This document shows positions 30,648-40,568 of a stretch of 64,000 nucleotides of DNA, one piece after another. The DNA is from Gammaproteobacteria bacterium (lineage in GTDB: Bacteria > Pseudomonadota > Gammaproteobacteria > Steroidobacterales > MnTg04): assembly GCA_027292775.1 (NCBI GenBank), contig JAPUGL010000031.1:2546-66545 (forward strand), written 5' to 3'. The first letter of the stretch is position 1, and each line of letters starts with the position of its first letter. The position numbers and the translations under genes were made by a program. A model generated the notes under the pieces. The model saw only the letters and a program-made list of their open reading frames with translations, was not told the origin of the DNA and did not search any database.

Positions 30648-31091
30648 ATGGGAACGGCTGAAACAAGAGCAGGTTTGCCGCGCCACCTGGGCGCGATGTT
30701 ATATGACTCGTTATTGCTGCTAGCGCTGCTGATGCTGGCGACCGCCCTGCTGATGCCGATCAGCCGAGGCGCTATCGAAATCAACAATTTCGCTTACCAG
30801 CTTTACTTGCTCGCGGTGGTCGCCGGGTACTTCGCCTTTTTCTGGTGGTCACGCGGGCAGACGCTGGGGATGCGGACCTGGAAAATCCGGCTGATCCGCT
30901 CCGACCGCGAGGCGTTGACTTTTACCGATGTTATCCGACGGTTATTTTTTTCGTTGTTGTCGTGGTTGCCGCTCGGCCTCGGCTTCTGGTGGATTCTGCG
31001 CAGCGACCGCCGGCTGGCCTGGCACGACCGCTGGTCGGGAACAGAATTGGTCATGGCCGGCGACTCTAATGACGATCGCCTCGATCAGTGA
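30648..31091 (+). CDS. RDD family membrane protein
   Basis: GQTLGMRTWKIRLIR and AWHDRWSGTELV segments typical of RDD domains, with three TM helices. Confidence 0.8.
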   Translation: MGTAETRAGLPRHLGAMLYDSLLLLALLMLATALLMPISRGAIEINNFAYQLYLLAVVAGYFAFFWWSRGQTLGMRTWKIRLIRSDREALTFTDVIRRLFFSLLSWLPLGLGFWWILRSDRRLAWHDRWSGTELVMAGDSNDDRLDQ

Positions 31092-32155
31092 ACCCGGCTT
31101 AAGCCCAGGGTAACCAGCACGGCCAACAGCACCACCGGGCCCCAGCCGACGAGCAGCGGGTCCAGATTGAAAACATCGCCCGAGTAATAGAGACTGCGGG
31201 ACCCCAGACGATAACTCATGCCAATAACGATACCGGCCACCAGCCGCGCACCGACTCCACTGCGCTGCATGGGACCGAGAACGAATGGCAATGCCAGCAA
31301 CAGCATCAGGGGAACCGACGCGGTGGTCGCGATTCGGGTCCAGAACGCCTTTTCGTAGTGACTGGTTTCGAGATTGTTGCCGCGCAGGTAGTGGTAATAC
31401 TCATAGAGACCGCGAACCGACAGATGATCGGTATCGATGGCCGACAATTCCAGGAGATCTGGCTGGAGCAGGCCCGGGCTCGCGGACAATGCAGCCGAGG
31501 ACACCGAAATGCCAAAATCGCTCAACCGGCTTTCGCGCATGTTTTCAAGAAACCAGTTGCCTTCATCATTTGTGAGTGCGCCATCTGCGCGAATCACCGA
31601 CCGCAGGCGCCGCTGATCATCGAAACGATAAATGTACAGACCGCCGACTTGCCCGCCACTCATCATCTGGTCGATGCTGATGATATCGTTGCCTTCTTTG
31701 ATCCAGGCGCTGGTGTTGGAACCAGCGATGCTGATTTTCTGATGTTGCTTCAGCGTGCGAAACTGACGCGCGGCCTGATCAAGCGGCGGCGCAATGAACT
31801 CGCCAAAGGCTCCGGCCAGCACCATCAGCACGCCGCCGGCCATCAACACGGACCCGGCCAGGCGCCAGACCGACGCGCCGGATAAACGGATCACATGCAA
31901 CTCGCTGTGGGCGGCGAGACCACCCAGCCCGATCAGCGCCCCCAGCAGAGCGACAATGGGCATGGACTGGTAAATCTGGGATGGCAGAGTCAGCAGGGCG
32001 AACACGAAAGCGTCCCCGAGGCCATAGGCGCCGTTTCCCACATATTTGGATTGCTGGATGAAATTGACGAACAAGGTGAGTGCTGCCAGGACCATCAGCA
32101 TCACGCCACAACCTTGTAGCGTTACTCTCATCAGGTAACGGTCGAAGACGCTCAT
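31085..32155 (-). CDS. lptG: LPS export ABC transporter permease LptG
   Basis: YjgP/YjgQ family (MSVFDRYLMR.., 356 aa). ATGA overlap with the lptF stop at 32152-32155. Confidence 0.9.
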   Translation of the reverse strand: MSVFDRYLMRVTLQGCGVMLMVLAALTLFVNFIQQSKYVGNGAYGLGDAFVFALLTLPSQIYQSMPIVALLGALIGLGGLAAHSELHVIRLSGASVWRLAGSVLMAGGVLMVLAGAFGEFIAPPLDQAARQFRTLKQHQKISIAGSNTSAWIKEGNDIISIDQMMSGGQVGGLYIYRFDDQRRLRSVIRADGALTNDEGNWFLENMRESRLSDFGISVSSAALSASPGLLQPDLLELSAIDTDHLSVRGLYEYYHYLRGNNLETSHYEKAFWTRIATTASVPLMLLLALPFVLGPMQRSGVGARLVAGIVIGMSYRLGSRSLYYSGDVFNLDPLLVGWGPVVLLAVLVTLGLSRVH

Positions 32156-33270
32156 TCGTCAGTTGCCCCGCGCTCCGGTGGCAGTTTTTTTCTCGCCGCC
32201 CAGAGCATGCGCATACGTTGTTGACCGAACAGTGTCATTGCAAGCAATACAACCAATGCGTGGACCCACCAAGTTCCAAGCCAGAACGGAACCACCGATT
32301 GGTTCATCATGATCCGGGCCGAACCCATCAGATTGGAGTAAATCAGGTAAATCAATACCGCGAATATCAGTTTGCCGTAGCGCCCGCGGCGTGGATCGGT
32401 CCGGCTCAAAGGTACGACCAGCAAGGTCAGCACCAGCACTGACACCGGCTGCGACAAGCGCCAATGGAGTTCTGTCCGGCGCTCGATATCGCTGGCGCCT
32501 ATCAATTCGGACGTCGACATCAGTTCGAGGTCGTCGGACTCCAGATTGGGCTCTGGAAGGTCAATCGGGATGCCGTGTTCGGAAAACTCTATCGTGCGGT
32601 ATGCAGCTTCTCCCGGGACACCTTCGTAGCGTCTGCCAACGAAAAGTATCAGGGTTTGCGAGCCGTTTTCGTCGAATCGTTGCAAGCCGCGTTCCGCGAC
32701 GACGATTTCCTGCCGATCGGCAATTTCGCGCCGTATGAAAAGATTGTACAGCTGACCGTCCTGGTCGACACGTTCAGCATAAAACACCGTATTGCCGCTG
32801 CCCAGGGTCCTGAACTGGCCTGCCTCCAGGTTGCCGAATGCCAGTGCCGCCTGGTCTGCACGTTCCAGCTTGAAACGCTGGTTTGCGGCCCAGGGATCCA
32901 GGTCCACCGACAGCCAGGTCAACAAGGCGGCCACCGGCAGCGCCACCATGAACAAGGGACGATAAAGACGTCTTGGCCCGATGCCACAGGCCTGAAAGGC
33001 CGGCATTTCACTGTCCTGGTACATACGGCCCAGCGCAAGCATCATCGCAAGGAACAGCGCAAATGGAATCAATGTGGTCAGAAAACGGACACTGGTCAGA
33101 CCGAGCAAAACCCCAAGACTTTCACGAGCAAAATCGTTGGCGGCGGCGCTGGCCAGCAATCTCGCAACAACATTGCTGAACAGGAAAAACAACAGCACAA
33201 AGGTCACCATCAGCCAGACTGTGACGACCTCACGAAAAATATACCGGTCTGTAATTCTCAGTAATTGCAT
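32152..33270 (-). CDS. lptF: LPS export ABC transporter permease LptF
   Basis: YjgP/YjgQ family. The start is set at ATG 33270 (MQLLRITDRYIFREV). Divergent from pepA, as in many gammaproteobacteria. Confidence 0.9.
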   Translation of the reverse strand: MQLLRITDRYIFREVVTVWLMVTFVLLFFLFSNVVARLLASAAANDFARESLGVLLGLTSVRFLTTLIPFALFLAMMLALGRMYQDSEMPAFQACGIGPRRLYRPLFMVALPVAALLTWLSVDLDPWAANQRFKLERADQAALAFGNLEAGQFRTLGSGNTVFYAERVDQDGQLYNLFIRREIADRQEIVVAERGLQRFDENGSQTLILFVGRRYEGVPGEAAYRTIEFSEHGIPIDLPEPNLESDDLELMSTSELIGASDIERRTELHWRLSQPVSVLVLTLLVVPLSRTDPRRGRYGKLIFAVLIYLIYSNLMGSARIMMNQSVVPFWLGTWWVHALVVLLAMTLFGQQRMRMLWAARKKLPPERGATDE

Positions 33271-33415
33271 CCAATATAGCCCGGGAATCAAGTAAACTAA
33301 CCAGCTTTCGCGCCGGAGGCGGCTTTTAGCAAAGCCGCTGTTCGCAGGCTTGAACATTAAACCACGCCGGTCGGGTGCTCAATAAACAATCGCCCACGGC
33401 GTACCTGGAGTATTT

Positions 33416-34900
33416 ATGGAGTTTTTTGCCAGGTCCGGAAATCCCGCCGGCCAACGCACCGACTGTGCCATCGCCGGTGTTCACTCGAATGGCGATCTGC
33501 CGGCGGCGACCGAGGCGATAAATAAGGCGGCGAATGGTCTTCTGGACCAGTTGCGAAAGCACGGCGACCTGCCATTGAAACCTGCACGCTGTATTTGGCT
33601 GCCCGGTATAGGCGATACAGTGTTTCGAGGGCTGTTGCTGGTCGGCCTGGGCGAAAAGAGCAAATACGATTTGCCACAATACCGGAAATCACTCGCTGCG
33701 GCGCTAAAGACCCTGCATGGAAGTGGTGCCCGCAACGCCATCTCGTACCTGGGCCATCACGTGGAAAGCAGTGAAGAAATCTATCGCTGGACCCGGCTCG
33801 GGGTAGAGACGGCAGTTGATGCCAATTATGAGTACCGCACGACCAAATCGGGGAAATCAGCCTCCAGCCGCCCGGGAAAAATCGGCTTCGCCATATCTCA
33901 GGGCAAGCATCGCCACATCGCCGACAAAGGAATCCGGCACGGCCAGTGCATTGCCGCTGGGCAGAGTCTTGCCCGGGATTTGGGCAATCTGCCAGCCAAC
34001 GTCTGCACGCCATCCTACCTGGCAAAAACGGCACGAGACATGGCGAAAAAACACAAGAAACTGCAAGCGGAGATTCTTGGGCCGGCACAAATAAAAAAAC
34101 TGGGTATGGGCGCGTTGCGATCGGTGGCCCAGGGGGCAAATGAACCTGCCCGCGTCATTGTATTGAAATATCGTGGGGCCGCAGCCAACCGAAAACCGAT
34201 TGTGTTGGTCGGCAAGGGCGTCACCTTCGACACCGGAGGCGTGTGCCTCAAGCCGCCGCCGGCAATGGATGAAATGAAATTCGACATGTGTGGCGCCGCT
34301 GGAGTAATCGGTACCATGCGTGCGGTCGTGGAACTCGACTTGCCGATAAACCTCATCATGGTAGTGCCCAGTTGCGAGAACATGCCGGGCAGCAATGCGA
34401 CCCGGCCTGGCGACGTAATCACAAGTATGTCGGGCAAGACCGTCGAAATACTAAACACCGATGCGGAAGGGCGGCTGATTCTTTGCGACGCACTGACTTA
34501 TGCGCGCCGGTTCAAGCCGGACACGATACTCGACGTGGCCACTCTGACCGGCGCCTGCGTGGTCGCACTCGGTGGTACGTTTAGCGGGATAATGACGCGG
34601 GACGACAAGCTGGCGTCGGAACTACTGGATGCCGGCCGGCAAGCATGCGACCGCGCCTGGCGCCTGCCTCTGGATGAGGAATACAACGAACAACTACAAA
34701 GTAATTTTGCGGATTTTGCCAACTCCGCCGGTCGCGAGGGGGGCGCTTCGATCGCCGCCAATTTCCTGGGCCGATTTACCGAAGGCTTGCGCTGGGCACA
34801 CATCGATATAGCGGGCACGGCATGGAAAATTGGTAAAGCCAAGGGAGCGACAGGCCGACCGGTTTCGATGCTGGTGGAGTATTTGCTGGGCCGTTGTTGA
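33416..34900 (+). CDS. pepA: leucyl aminopeptidase (M17)
   Basis: VGKGVTFDTGG and NTDAEGRLILCDAL signature motifs, 494 aa. Confidence 0.95.
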   Translation: MEFFARSGNPAGQRTDCAIAGVHSNGDLPAATEAINKAANGLLDQLRKHGDLPLKPARCIWLPGIGDTVFRGLLLVGLGEKSKYDLPQYRKSLAAALKTLHGSGARNAISYLGHHVESSEEIYRWTRLGVETAVDANYEYRTTKSGKSASSRPGKIGFAISQGKHRHIADKGIRHGQCIAAGQSLARDLGNLPANVCTPSYLAKTARDMAKKHKKLQAEILGPAQIKKLGMGALRSVAQGANEPARVIVLKYRGAAANRKPIVLVGKGVTFDTGGVCLKPPPAMDEMKFDMCGAAGVIGTMRAVVELDLPINLIMVVPSCENMPGSNATRPGDVITSMSGKTVEILNTDAEGRLILCDALTYARRFKPDTILDVATLTGACVVALGGTFSGIMTRDDKLASELLDAGRQACDRAWRLPLDEEYNEQLQSNFADFANSAGREGGASIAANFLGRFTEGLRWAHIDIAGTAWKIGKAKGATGRPVSMLVEYLLGRC

Positions 34901-34907
34901 GATCGCG

Positions 34908-35339
34908 ATGACGCGGGTCGATTTTTATATTCTTGAAGAATCCCGGCACGATCGGATGCGGCTGGCCTGCCACCTCGCGGAAAAAGCGTACTTGTCCGAT
35001 ATGACGGTCTACGTACACGCGGCCTCCGATGCACAGGCCACGCAACTCGATAAGCTGCTTTGGGTTTTCCGGGACGGCAGTTTCGTGCCCCATCGCTGCC
35101 TGGGCCAGCCCGGCGCAACGGAGAAATGTGAGGAGGCGGTCATCATCGGCTGTGGCGAAGATTCGCAAGATCACCACGGCATGCTGATCAATCTCGCCAG
35201 CGAGGTTCCCGAAATATTCAGCCGCTTCGAAAGGGTTGCGGAACTGGTTGGACGAGGAGAAGAAACGCGGGCGAGCGGGCGCCAGCGATTTCGTTTTTAC
35301 CGCGACCGCGGTTACTCGCTGAATACGCACCGAATGTGA
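34908..35339 (+). CDS. holC: DNA polymerase III subunit chi
   Basis: MTRVDFYIL start and the conserved pepA-holC-valS order. The start is moved from the track ORF (34830) to ATG 34908. Confidence 0.88.
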   Translation: MTRVDFYILEESRHDRMRLACHLAEKAYLSDMTVYVHAASDAQATQLDKLLWVFRDGSFVPHRCLGQPGATEKCEEAVIIGCGEDSQDHHGMLINLASEVPEIFSRFERVAELVGRGEETRASGRQRFRFYRDRGYSLNTHRM

Positions 35340-35352
35340 AATAATCGGCGAT

Positions 35353-35664
35353 ATGAACGAGAGCGACGGAAAAACCCAAGACCCTATCCCGGTGCTGACC
35401 GAAGTAGTCATCGGTGACACCGGCACCGATTCCGCCATTGCTGCAAAGCCGCCGCATCTCGATGAGACTCGCCTCGCCGAGCTGCAAACCGAACTGGCAT
35501 CCCGCAGCTTCGATCTGACCGACCAGCTGCTGCATTCGGCTTTTCAGGAAATGGAAGCGTCGTTATTCGAACAAGTGTCCAACCGGTTGCGGAACGAACT
35601 CCCGGAATTAATCGACGAGATCCTGCGTGAGTACCTCGAAGTGTCGCCGGACCCAGACGACTGA
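35353..35664 (+). CDS. hypothetical acidic protein (103 aa)
   Basis: ATG ORF in the holC-valS spacer with an acidic, helical-looking composition. No motif recognised. Confidence 0.5.
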   Translation: MNESDGKTQDPIPVLTEVVIGDTGTDSAIAAKPPHLDETRLAELQTELASRSFDLTDQLLHSAFQEMEASLFEQVSNRLRNELPELIDEILREYLEVSPDPDD

Positions 35665-35689
35665 CCCCCCGTTTTCTGACAGGAATCTT

Positions 35690-38458
35690 ATGGATAAGAC
35701 TTATTCCCCCGGGGAAATCGAACAACGCATCTATCAGCGCTGGGAAGAAAAACAATACTTTGCGCCGAGCGGCCAGGGTCAGCCTTATTGCATCATGATC
35801 CCACCTGCAAACGTCACCGGCGCCCTGCACATGGGCCACGCATTCCAGGTCACGATCATGGACGCGCTAACCCGCTATCACCGGATGCTGGGACGCAACA
35901 CCCTTTGGCAACCCGGGACCGACCATGCAGGCATCGCGACGCAGATGGTGGTCGAGCGGCTGCTGGGCGCCGAAGGGCTGCATCGCCGTGACCTCGGTCG
36001 TGACGAATTCGTAAAGCGCGTATGGCAATGGAAGGAACAGTCAGGCGATACGATTTCAGGACAACTCAAACGCATGGGTTCGTCAGTGGACTGGAGCCGC
36101 GAACGATTTACCATGGATGACGATCTGTCCGCGGCGGTATTGACGGTATTCGAACAACTTTATGATGAAGGGCTGATATACCGGGGCAAACGACTGGTCA
36201 GCTGGGACCCTGTTCTGCACACGGCATTGTCGGATCTTGAGGTCCTCTCGCAGGAAGAAGACGGCCATCTTTGGCATATGCGATATCCACTGGCGAACGG
36301 CGACAGCTATTTGACAGTCGTCACGACGCGTCCTGAGACCATGCTCGGCGACACCGCGGTTGCAGTTCATCCGGACGATAAGCGCTATGCATCGCTGGTC
36401 GGACAAAATGTACTTCTGCCATTGTGTGACCGACTGATCCCGGTGATCGCGGATGATTATGTCGACCCTGAGTTCGGCAGCGGTTGCGTAAAAATCACGC
36501 CGGCACACGACTTCAACGACTATGAAATTGGCCAGCGACATGATCTTGATGTCATCAACGTCCTGAATGACGATGCCTCGATGAACGAAAATTGCCCACA
36601 AGACTATCGCGGGCTTGATCGTTTTGTTGCCAGGAAGAAAGTGGTCGCGGACCTGGAGGCTTTGGATCTGATCGACCGGATCGAGGACCACAAGCTTATG
36701 GTTCCGCGTGGCGATCGCAGTCACGCGATCGTCGAACCGTACCTGACCGACCAATGGTACGTAGGAATCGCACCGCTGGCGGAACCCGCGATTGCCGCGA
36801 TCGAAGATGGCGATATAAGTTTCGTGCCGGCCAACTGGTCGAAGACTTATTTCGAATGGATGCGAAACATCAAGGACTGGTGTATCAGCCGGCAACTGTG
36901 GTGGGGGCACCGAATTCCCGCCTGGTATGACGACCAGGACAATATCTATGTGGCGGTCGATGAAGCTGCTGTTCGGCAAAAATACAAGCTGCCAGCGGAT
37001 CTTGCGCTACGCCAGGATGAAGACGTACTGGACACCTGGTTTTCATCGGCCCTGTGGCCGTTCTCCACACTGGGCTGGCCGGAAAAAACCAAGGCGCTGG
37101 ATACCTTTTATCCGACCAACGTGCTGGTCACCGGCTTCGACATTATTTTCTTCTGGGTCGCCCGCATGATCATGATGGGTCTGAAATTCACCGGCGAGGT
37201 TCCGTTCAGGGAAATCTATATCCATGGTTTGATCCGCGATCAGGACGGCCAGAAAATGTCGAAATCCAAGGGCAACGCGCTGGACCCGCTGGACTTGATC
37301 GATGGCATCGATCTGGAAAGCCTTCTGAAAAAACGAACCAGCGGCCTGATGCAGCCACACCTGAAGCCAAAGATAGAAAAAGCCACTCGCAGACAATTTG
37401 CCAATGGCATCGACGCGCATGGCGCGGACAGTTTGCGTTTCACCTTTGCCAGCCTGGCGACTACCGGCCGCGATATTCGTTTTGAGCTAGGCCGAATTGA
37501 GGGCTATCGCAATTTTTGCAACAAGCTGTGGAACGCTGCGCGATACGTGCTGATGAACACCGAAGGTAAGGACTGCGGCCTCGGTGGCGATTGTGAGTAC
37601 AGCCTGGCGGATCGGTGGATTCGTTCGCGGTTTTGCGCCACCGCCACGGAAATTTCCCGGCAGATGAAGGTGTACCGGCTCGACCTCGTTGCGAAGTCTC
37701 TTTACGAATTTACCTGGAACGAGTTTTGCGACTGGTATCTGGAATTGTCCAAGGCCGTGCTCCAGGACGATACTGCCAGCGATAGCGCGAGGAAAGGCGC
37801 ACGCCGGACGCTGATCTCCGTGCTCGAAGCCTTGTTGCGCGCGATCCACCCGCTGATGCCGTTTATCAGCGAGGAAATCTGGCAAAAAGTCGCTCCGCTG
37901 GCTGGTGCGACCGGCGAAACCATCATGCTGGCGCCCTACCCCGGCGACGACGAATTCGACCGGGACGAAAAAGCGGAGCAGGACATGGTCTGGCTGCAAG
38001 GTCTGATTCTCGGAATCAGGCAAATTCGCGGCGAAATGGACATCGCGCCAACCCGGGCGTTGCCGATTTTGCTGAGGAATGCAGATTCCACGGACAAGGA
38101 AAGGCTGACGCAGTTGAAGTCTTTTCTCCTGCAAGTCGCCAGACTCGAAAGCATCCGTGTCCTGGACACGAATGAGAAAGCGCCGGAATCGGCGACGGCG
38201 CTGCTCGGCCAAATGGAAATCCTTGTGCCGATGGCCGGCCTGATAGACCGCGATGCCGAATTGGCGAGACTTAAAAAACAACAAGAGAAACTGGATAAGG
38301 AATTAAGGCGCATCGAGCCAAAACTGGCTAATCCGAGTTTTTCAAGCAAGGCACCAAAGGCCGTCGTGGAAAAAACTCGACAGCGCGGAGTGGAAATCGA
38401 AGATGCATTGAAACGCCTGCAAGAGCAAATAGAAAAGGTTCGTAAACTGGTCGATTGA
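35690..38458 (+). CDS. valS: valine--tRNA ligase
   Basis: [14 protein letters not shown] (HIGH) and KMSKSKGN (KMSKS) motifs plus a C-terminal coiled coil. The start is set at ATG 35690 ([12 protein letters not shown]). Confidence 0.97.
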   Translation: MDKTYSPGEIEQRIYQRWEEKQYFAPSGQGQPYCIMIPPANVTGALHMGHAFQVTIMDALTRYHRMLGRNTLWQPGTDHAGIATQMVVERLLGAEGLHRRDLGRDEFVKRVWQWKEQSGDTISGQLKRMGSSVDWSRERFTMDDDLSAAVLTVFEQLYDEGLIYRGKRLVSWDPVLHTALSDLEVLSQEEDGHLWHMRYPLANGDSYLTVVTTRPETMLGDTAVAVHPDDKRYASLVGQNVLLPLCDRLIPVIADDYVDPEFGSGCVKITPAHDFNDYEIGQRHDLDVINVLNDDASMNENCPQDYRGLDRFVARKKVVADLEALDLIDRIEDHKLMVPRGDRSHAIVEPYLTDQWYVGIAPLAEPAIAAIEDGDISFVPANWSKTYFEWMRNIKDWCISRQLWWGHRIPAWYDDQDNIYVAVDEAAVRQKYKLPADLALRQDEDVLDTWFSSALWPFSTLGWPEKTKALDTFYPTNVLVTGFDIIFFWVARMIMMGLKFTGEVPFREIYIHGLIRDQDGQKMSKSKGNALDPLDLIDGIDLESLLKKRTSGLMQPHLKPKIEKATRRQFANGIDAHGADSLRFTFASLATTGRDIRFELGRIEGYRNFCNKLWNAARYVLMNTEGKDCGLGGDCEYSLADRWIRSRFCATATEISRQMKVYRLDLVAKSLYEFTWNEFCDWYLELSKAVLQDDTASDSARKGARRTLISVLEALLRAIHPLMPFISEEIWQKVAPLAGATGETIMLAPYPGDDEFDRDEKAEQDMVWLQGLILGIRQIRGEMDIAPTRALPILLRNADSTDKERLTQLKSFLLQVARLESIRVLDTNEKAPESATALLGQMEILVPMAGLIDRDAELARLKKQQEKLDKELRRIEPKLANPSFSSKAPKAVVEKTRQRGVEIEDALKRLQEQIEKVRKLVD

Positions 38459-38541
38459 TGACAGCGCGTCTCGCCGTGGACTGAACTATGTTAAACACGT
38501 CACAGCCACAAGGAAAACAAGCTGATAGGCTTTGTTTTCGG

Positions 38542-38584
38542 GATGATCCGACCAAAAAACGGTCGGCAAAACATCATCATTTAT
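38542..38584 (+). terminator. possible terminator hairpin downstream of valS
   Basis: GATGAT-CCGACC-AAAAAAC-GGTCGG-(CAAAAC)-ATCATC followed by ATTTAT. The stem is imperfect and the T-tract is weak. Confidence 0.35.
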
Positions 38585-38613
38585 CGGCTTGATTGCGATC
38601 CAGGGTTCCAGCG

Positions 38614-39573
38614 ATGAATCGACAGGCGACGGCGACAGAAAACGAAAGCGAGATGACGGAACAGCAGCGGCTGGTGACCGCGGTTCTCGATCAACTCAAC
38701 GAAATCATTCTCGGCAAGGACTACCAGCTTCGGCTGGCGCTGACCTGTCTGCTCGCACAAGGCCACTTGCTGATTGAAGATTTGCCGGGTGTTGGCAAGA
38801 CCACGTTGGCTCATGCCCTGGCGCGCACGCTCGGGCTCAATTACAACCGGATTCAATTCACCAGCGATCTTCTGCCGGCTGACGTGATCGGCGTTTCGGT
38901 GTACCTGCGTGACGACAACCGCTTCGAGTTTCATCCCGGGCCGATTTTTTCCCAGGTCGTGCTGGCCGACGAGGTCAATCGAGCGACCCCAAAAGCGCAA
39001 AGTGCCCTGCTGGAGGCGATGGAGGAAAACCAGGTTAGCGCCGATGGCGACAGTTATCCGCTGCCGGATCCGTTTTTCGTCATTGCGACACAGAATCCAG
39101 TCACGCATATCGGCACCTATCCATTACCCGAGTCACAACTTGATCGCTTCCTGATGCGGATCTCGCTGGGTTTCCCTAGTCAGGACATGGAGCGCCGCCT
39201 GATCGCAGGACAGGATCGGCGGGAATTGTTGTCCCTGCTCGAGCCCGCTTTGCAAGCGGCCCATCTGAAGTCGTTGATGGACGCAGTGTCATCCATCCAT
39301 GTTTCCGATTTGCTGCTCGATTATGTGCAGGCCCTGGTTGCATTCACCCGCGAATCGCCTGATTTCATACACGGTTTGTCCCCCCGCGCCGCCATCTCCA
39401 TCGTCTCTTCCAGCCGTGCCTGGGCGATGATTCATGGCCATCCCGGGGTGTTACCCGAGGATGTCCAGGCGATCATCCCGGCGGTCGCCAATCACAGGCT
39501 GCGGTTGCGCGACGAACTGAACGCCAGCACCGAACCGGGCGAATTGATGCTGGCGGCCGTTTCAGTGCCCTAA
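38614..39573 (+). CDS. MoxR-family AAA+ ATPase
   Basis: Walker A LIEDLPGVGKTTLA, Walker B VVLADEVNRA and a FFVIATQNP sensor region. A TTG alternative start lies at 38593. Confidence 0.9.
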   Translation: MNRQATATENESEMTEQQRLVTAVLDQLNEIILGKDYQLRLALTCLLAQGHLLIEDLPGVGKTTLAHALARTLGLNYNRIQFTSDLLPADVIGVSVYLRDDNRFEFHPGPIFSQVVLADEVNRATPKAQSALLEAMEENQVSADGDSYPLPDPFFVIATQNPVTHIGTYPLPESQLDRFLMRISLGFPSQDMERRLIAGQDRRELLSLLEPALQAAHLKSLMDAVSSIHVSDLLLDYVQALVAFTRESPDFIHGLSPRAAISIVSSSRAWAMIHGHPGVLPEDVQAIIPAVANHRLRLRDELNASTEPGELMLAAVSVP

Positions 39574-39587
39574 ACGGTCGGGCGCCC

Positions 39588-40568
39588 ATGGCGGCAGGCA
39601 TCGTAAATCTGGTCAAGGATCGCGCGTCGGCCTGGGCGCTGAAACGTCAGGGGCGCGACCATCTGCCCGTCACGCTGGAAAAACGGCGAGTTTATATCCT
39701 GCCGGGGAAAACCGGCTTCGTTTTTGCCTTCATGCTGTTTGCCATGCTTCTGGCCAGCATGAATTACGGCAACAGCATGGGTTTTGCGCTGACCTTTCTA
39801 CTCGTCAGCCTGGGTCTGGTCGCCATGCACCACTGCCACGGAAACCTGACCGGTACCGTGGTGCAGACGATTGGCGCGGAACCGGTTTTTGCCGGCGAGG
39901 ACGCTGTTTTTGAAATCCTGCTGCAGAATTCGGAGCACTCTGCCAGGTATGATTTGCGTGGCGAGTCCAGCGACTACCTGGGCACCGCAACCGATATAGC
40001 AACGGACAAGAACGGCGTTGTCCGCCTGTCGATCCCCACACGCAAAAGAGGTCATTTGCGCCTGAATCGCTTTGCTATCAGCACGCGCTTCCCGCTCAAT
40101 CTTTTCCGCAGCTGGAGCTGGATACACCAGCCGGCCGATTGCATGGTTTTTCCGAAACCGGCGCCAGCCACACCGTTGCCTGCCAGCCAGCCCGGTTCGC
40201 AGCATGATTCAGTTTCCAATGGGGAGGGCGCTGACGATTTTTCCGGTCTGCGCAGCTTTCGGCCGGGCGATTCGCCACGCCATATCGCCTGGAAAGCGCT
40301 GGCACGGGAACAGGAGCTGTTGGTCAAACAATTTACCGGCGGCGCGGCGCAACAACTGTGGCTGGACCTGGATCTGGCCGGTCAGGGCGATACCGAGCAG
40401 AGGCTGTCACGCCTTTGCCGCTGGATACTGACCGCCGACACCGCCGGCCTGCTCTACGGGCTACGCCTGCCTGGCGTGGAAATACCGCTGGCCAGTGGTG
40501 ACGAGCACCGGCTACGTTGTTTGAGTGCGCTGGCCCTGTATCCATCGCTCAACGAGAGCGAGTCATGA
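39588..40568 (+). CDS. DUF58 domain protein
   Basis: Two N-terminal TM helices and the DDFSGLRSFRPGDSPRHIAWKALARE motif typical of DUF58. Confidence 0.88.
   Translation: MAAGIVNLVKDRASAWALKRQGRDHLPVTLEKRRVYILPGKTGFVFAFMLFAMLLASMNYGNSMGFALTFLLVSLGLVAMHHCHGNLTGTVVQTIGAEPVFAGEDAVFEILLQNSEHSARYDLRGESSDYLGTATDIATDKNGVVRLSIPTRKRGHLRLNRFAISTRFPLNLFRSWSWIHQPADCMVFPKPAPATPLPASQPGSQHDSVSNGEGADDFSGLRSFRPGDSPRHIAWKALAREQELLVKQFTGGAAQQLWLDLDLAGQGDTEQRLSRLCRWILTADTAGLLYGLRLPGVEIPLASGDEHRLRCLSALALYPSLNESES

Noticed and set aside
30355-30666. Minus-strand ORF with a poly-Gly run
   Set aside because: It is the mirror image of the poly-Pro/poly-Gly tail of the M14 gene.
23151-31091. Possible genomic island inserted at the tRNA-Glu
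   Set aside because: I saw no integrase, transposase or phage genes. I saw no direct repeat of the tRNA 3' end at a distal border, and no obvious compositional break by eye. The block may simply be a less conserved part of the chromosome.
36083-38284. Two long minus-strand ORFs (298 and 265 aa)
   Set aside because: Both are antisense to valS, which has unmistakable HIGH and KMSKS motifs. They are shadow ORFs.
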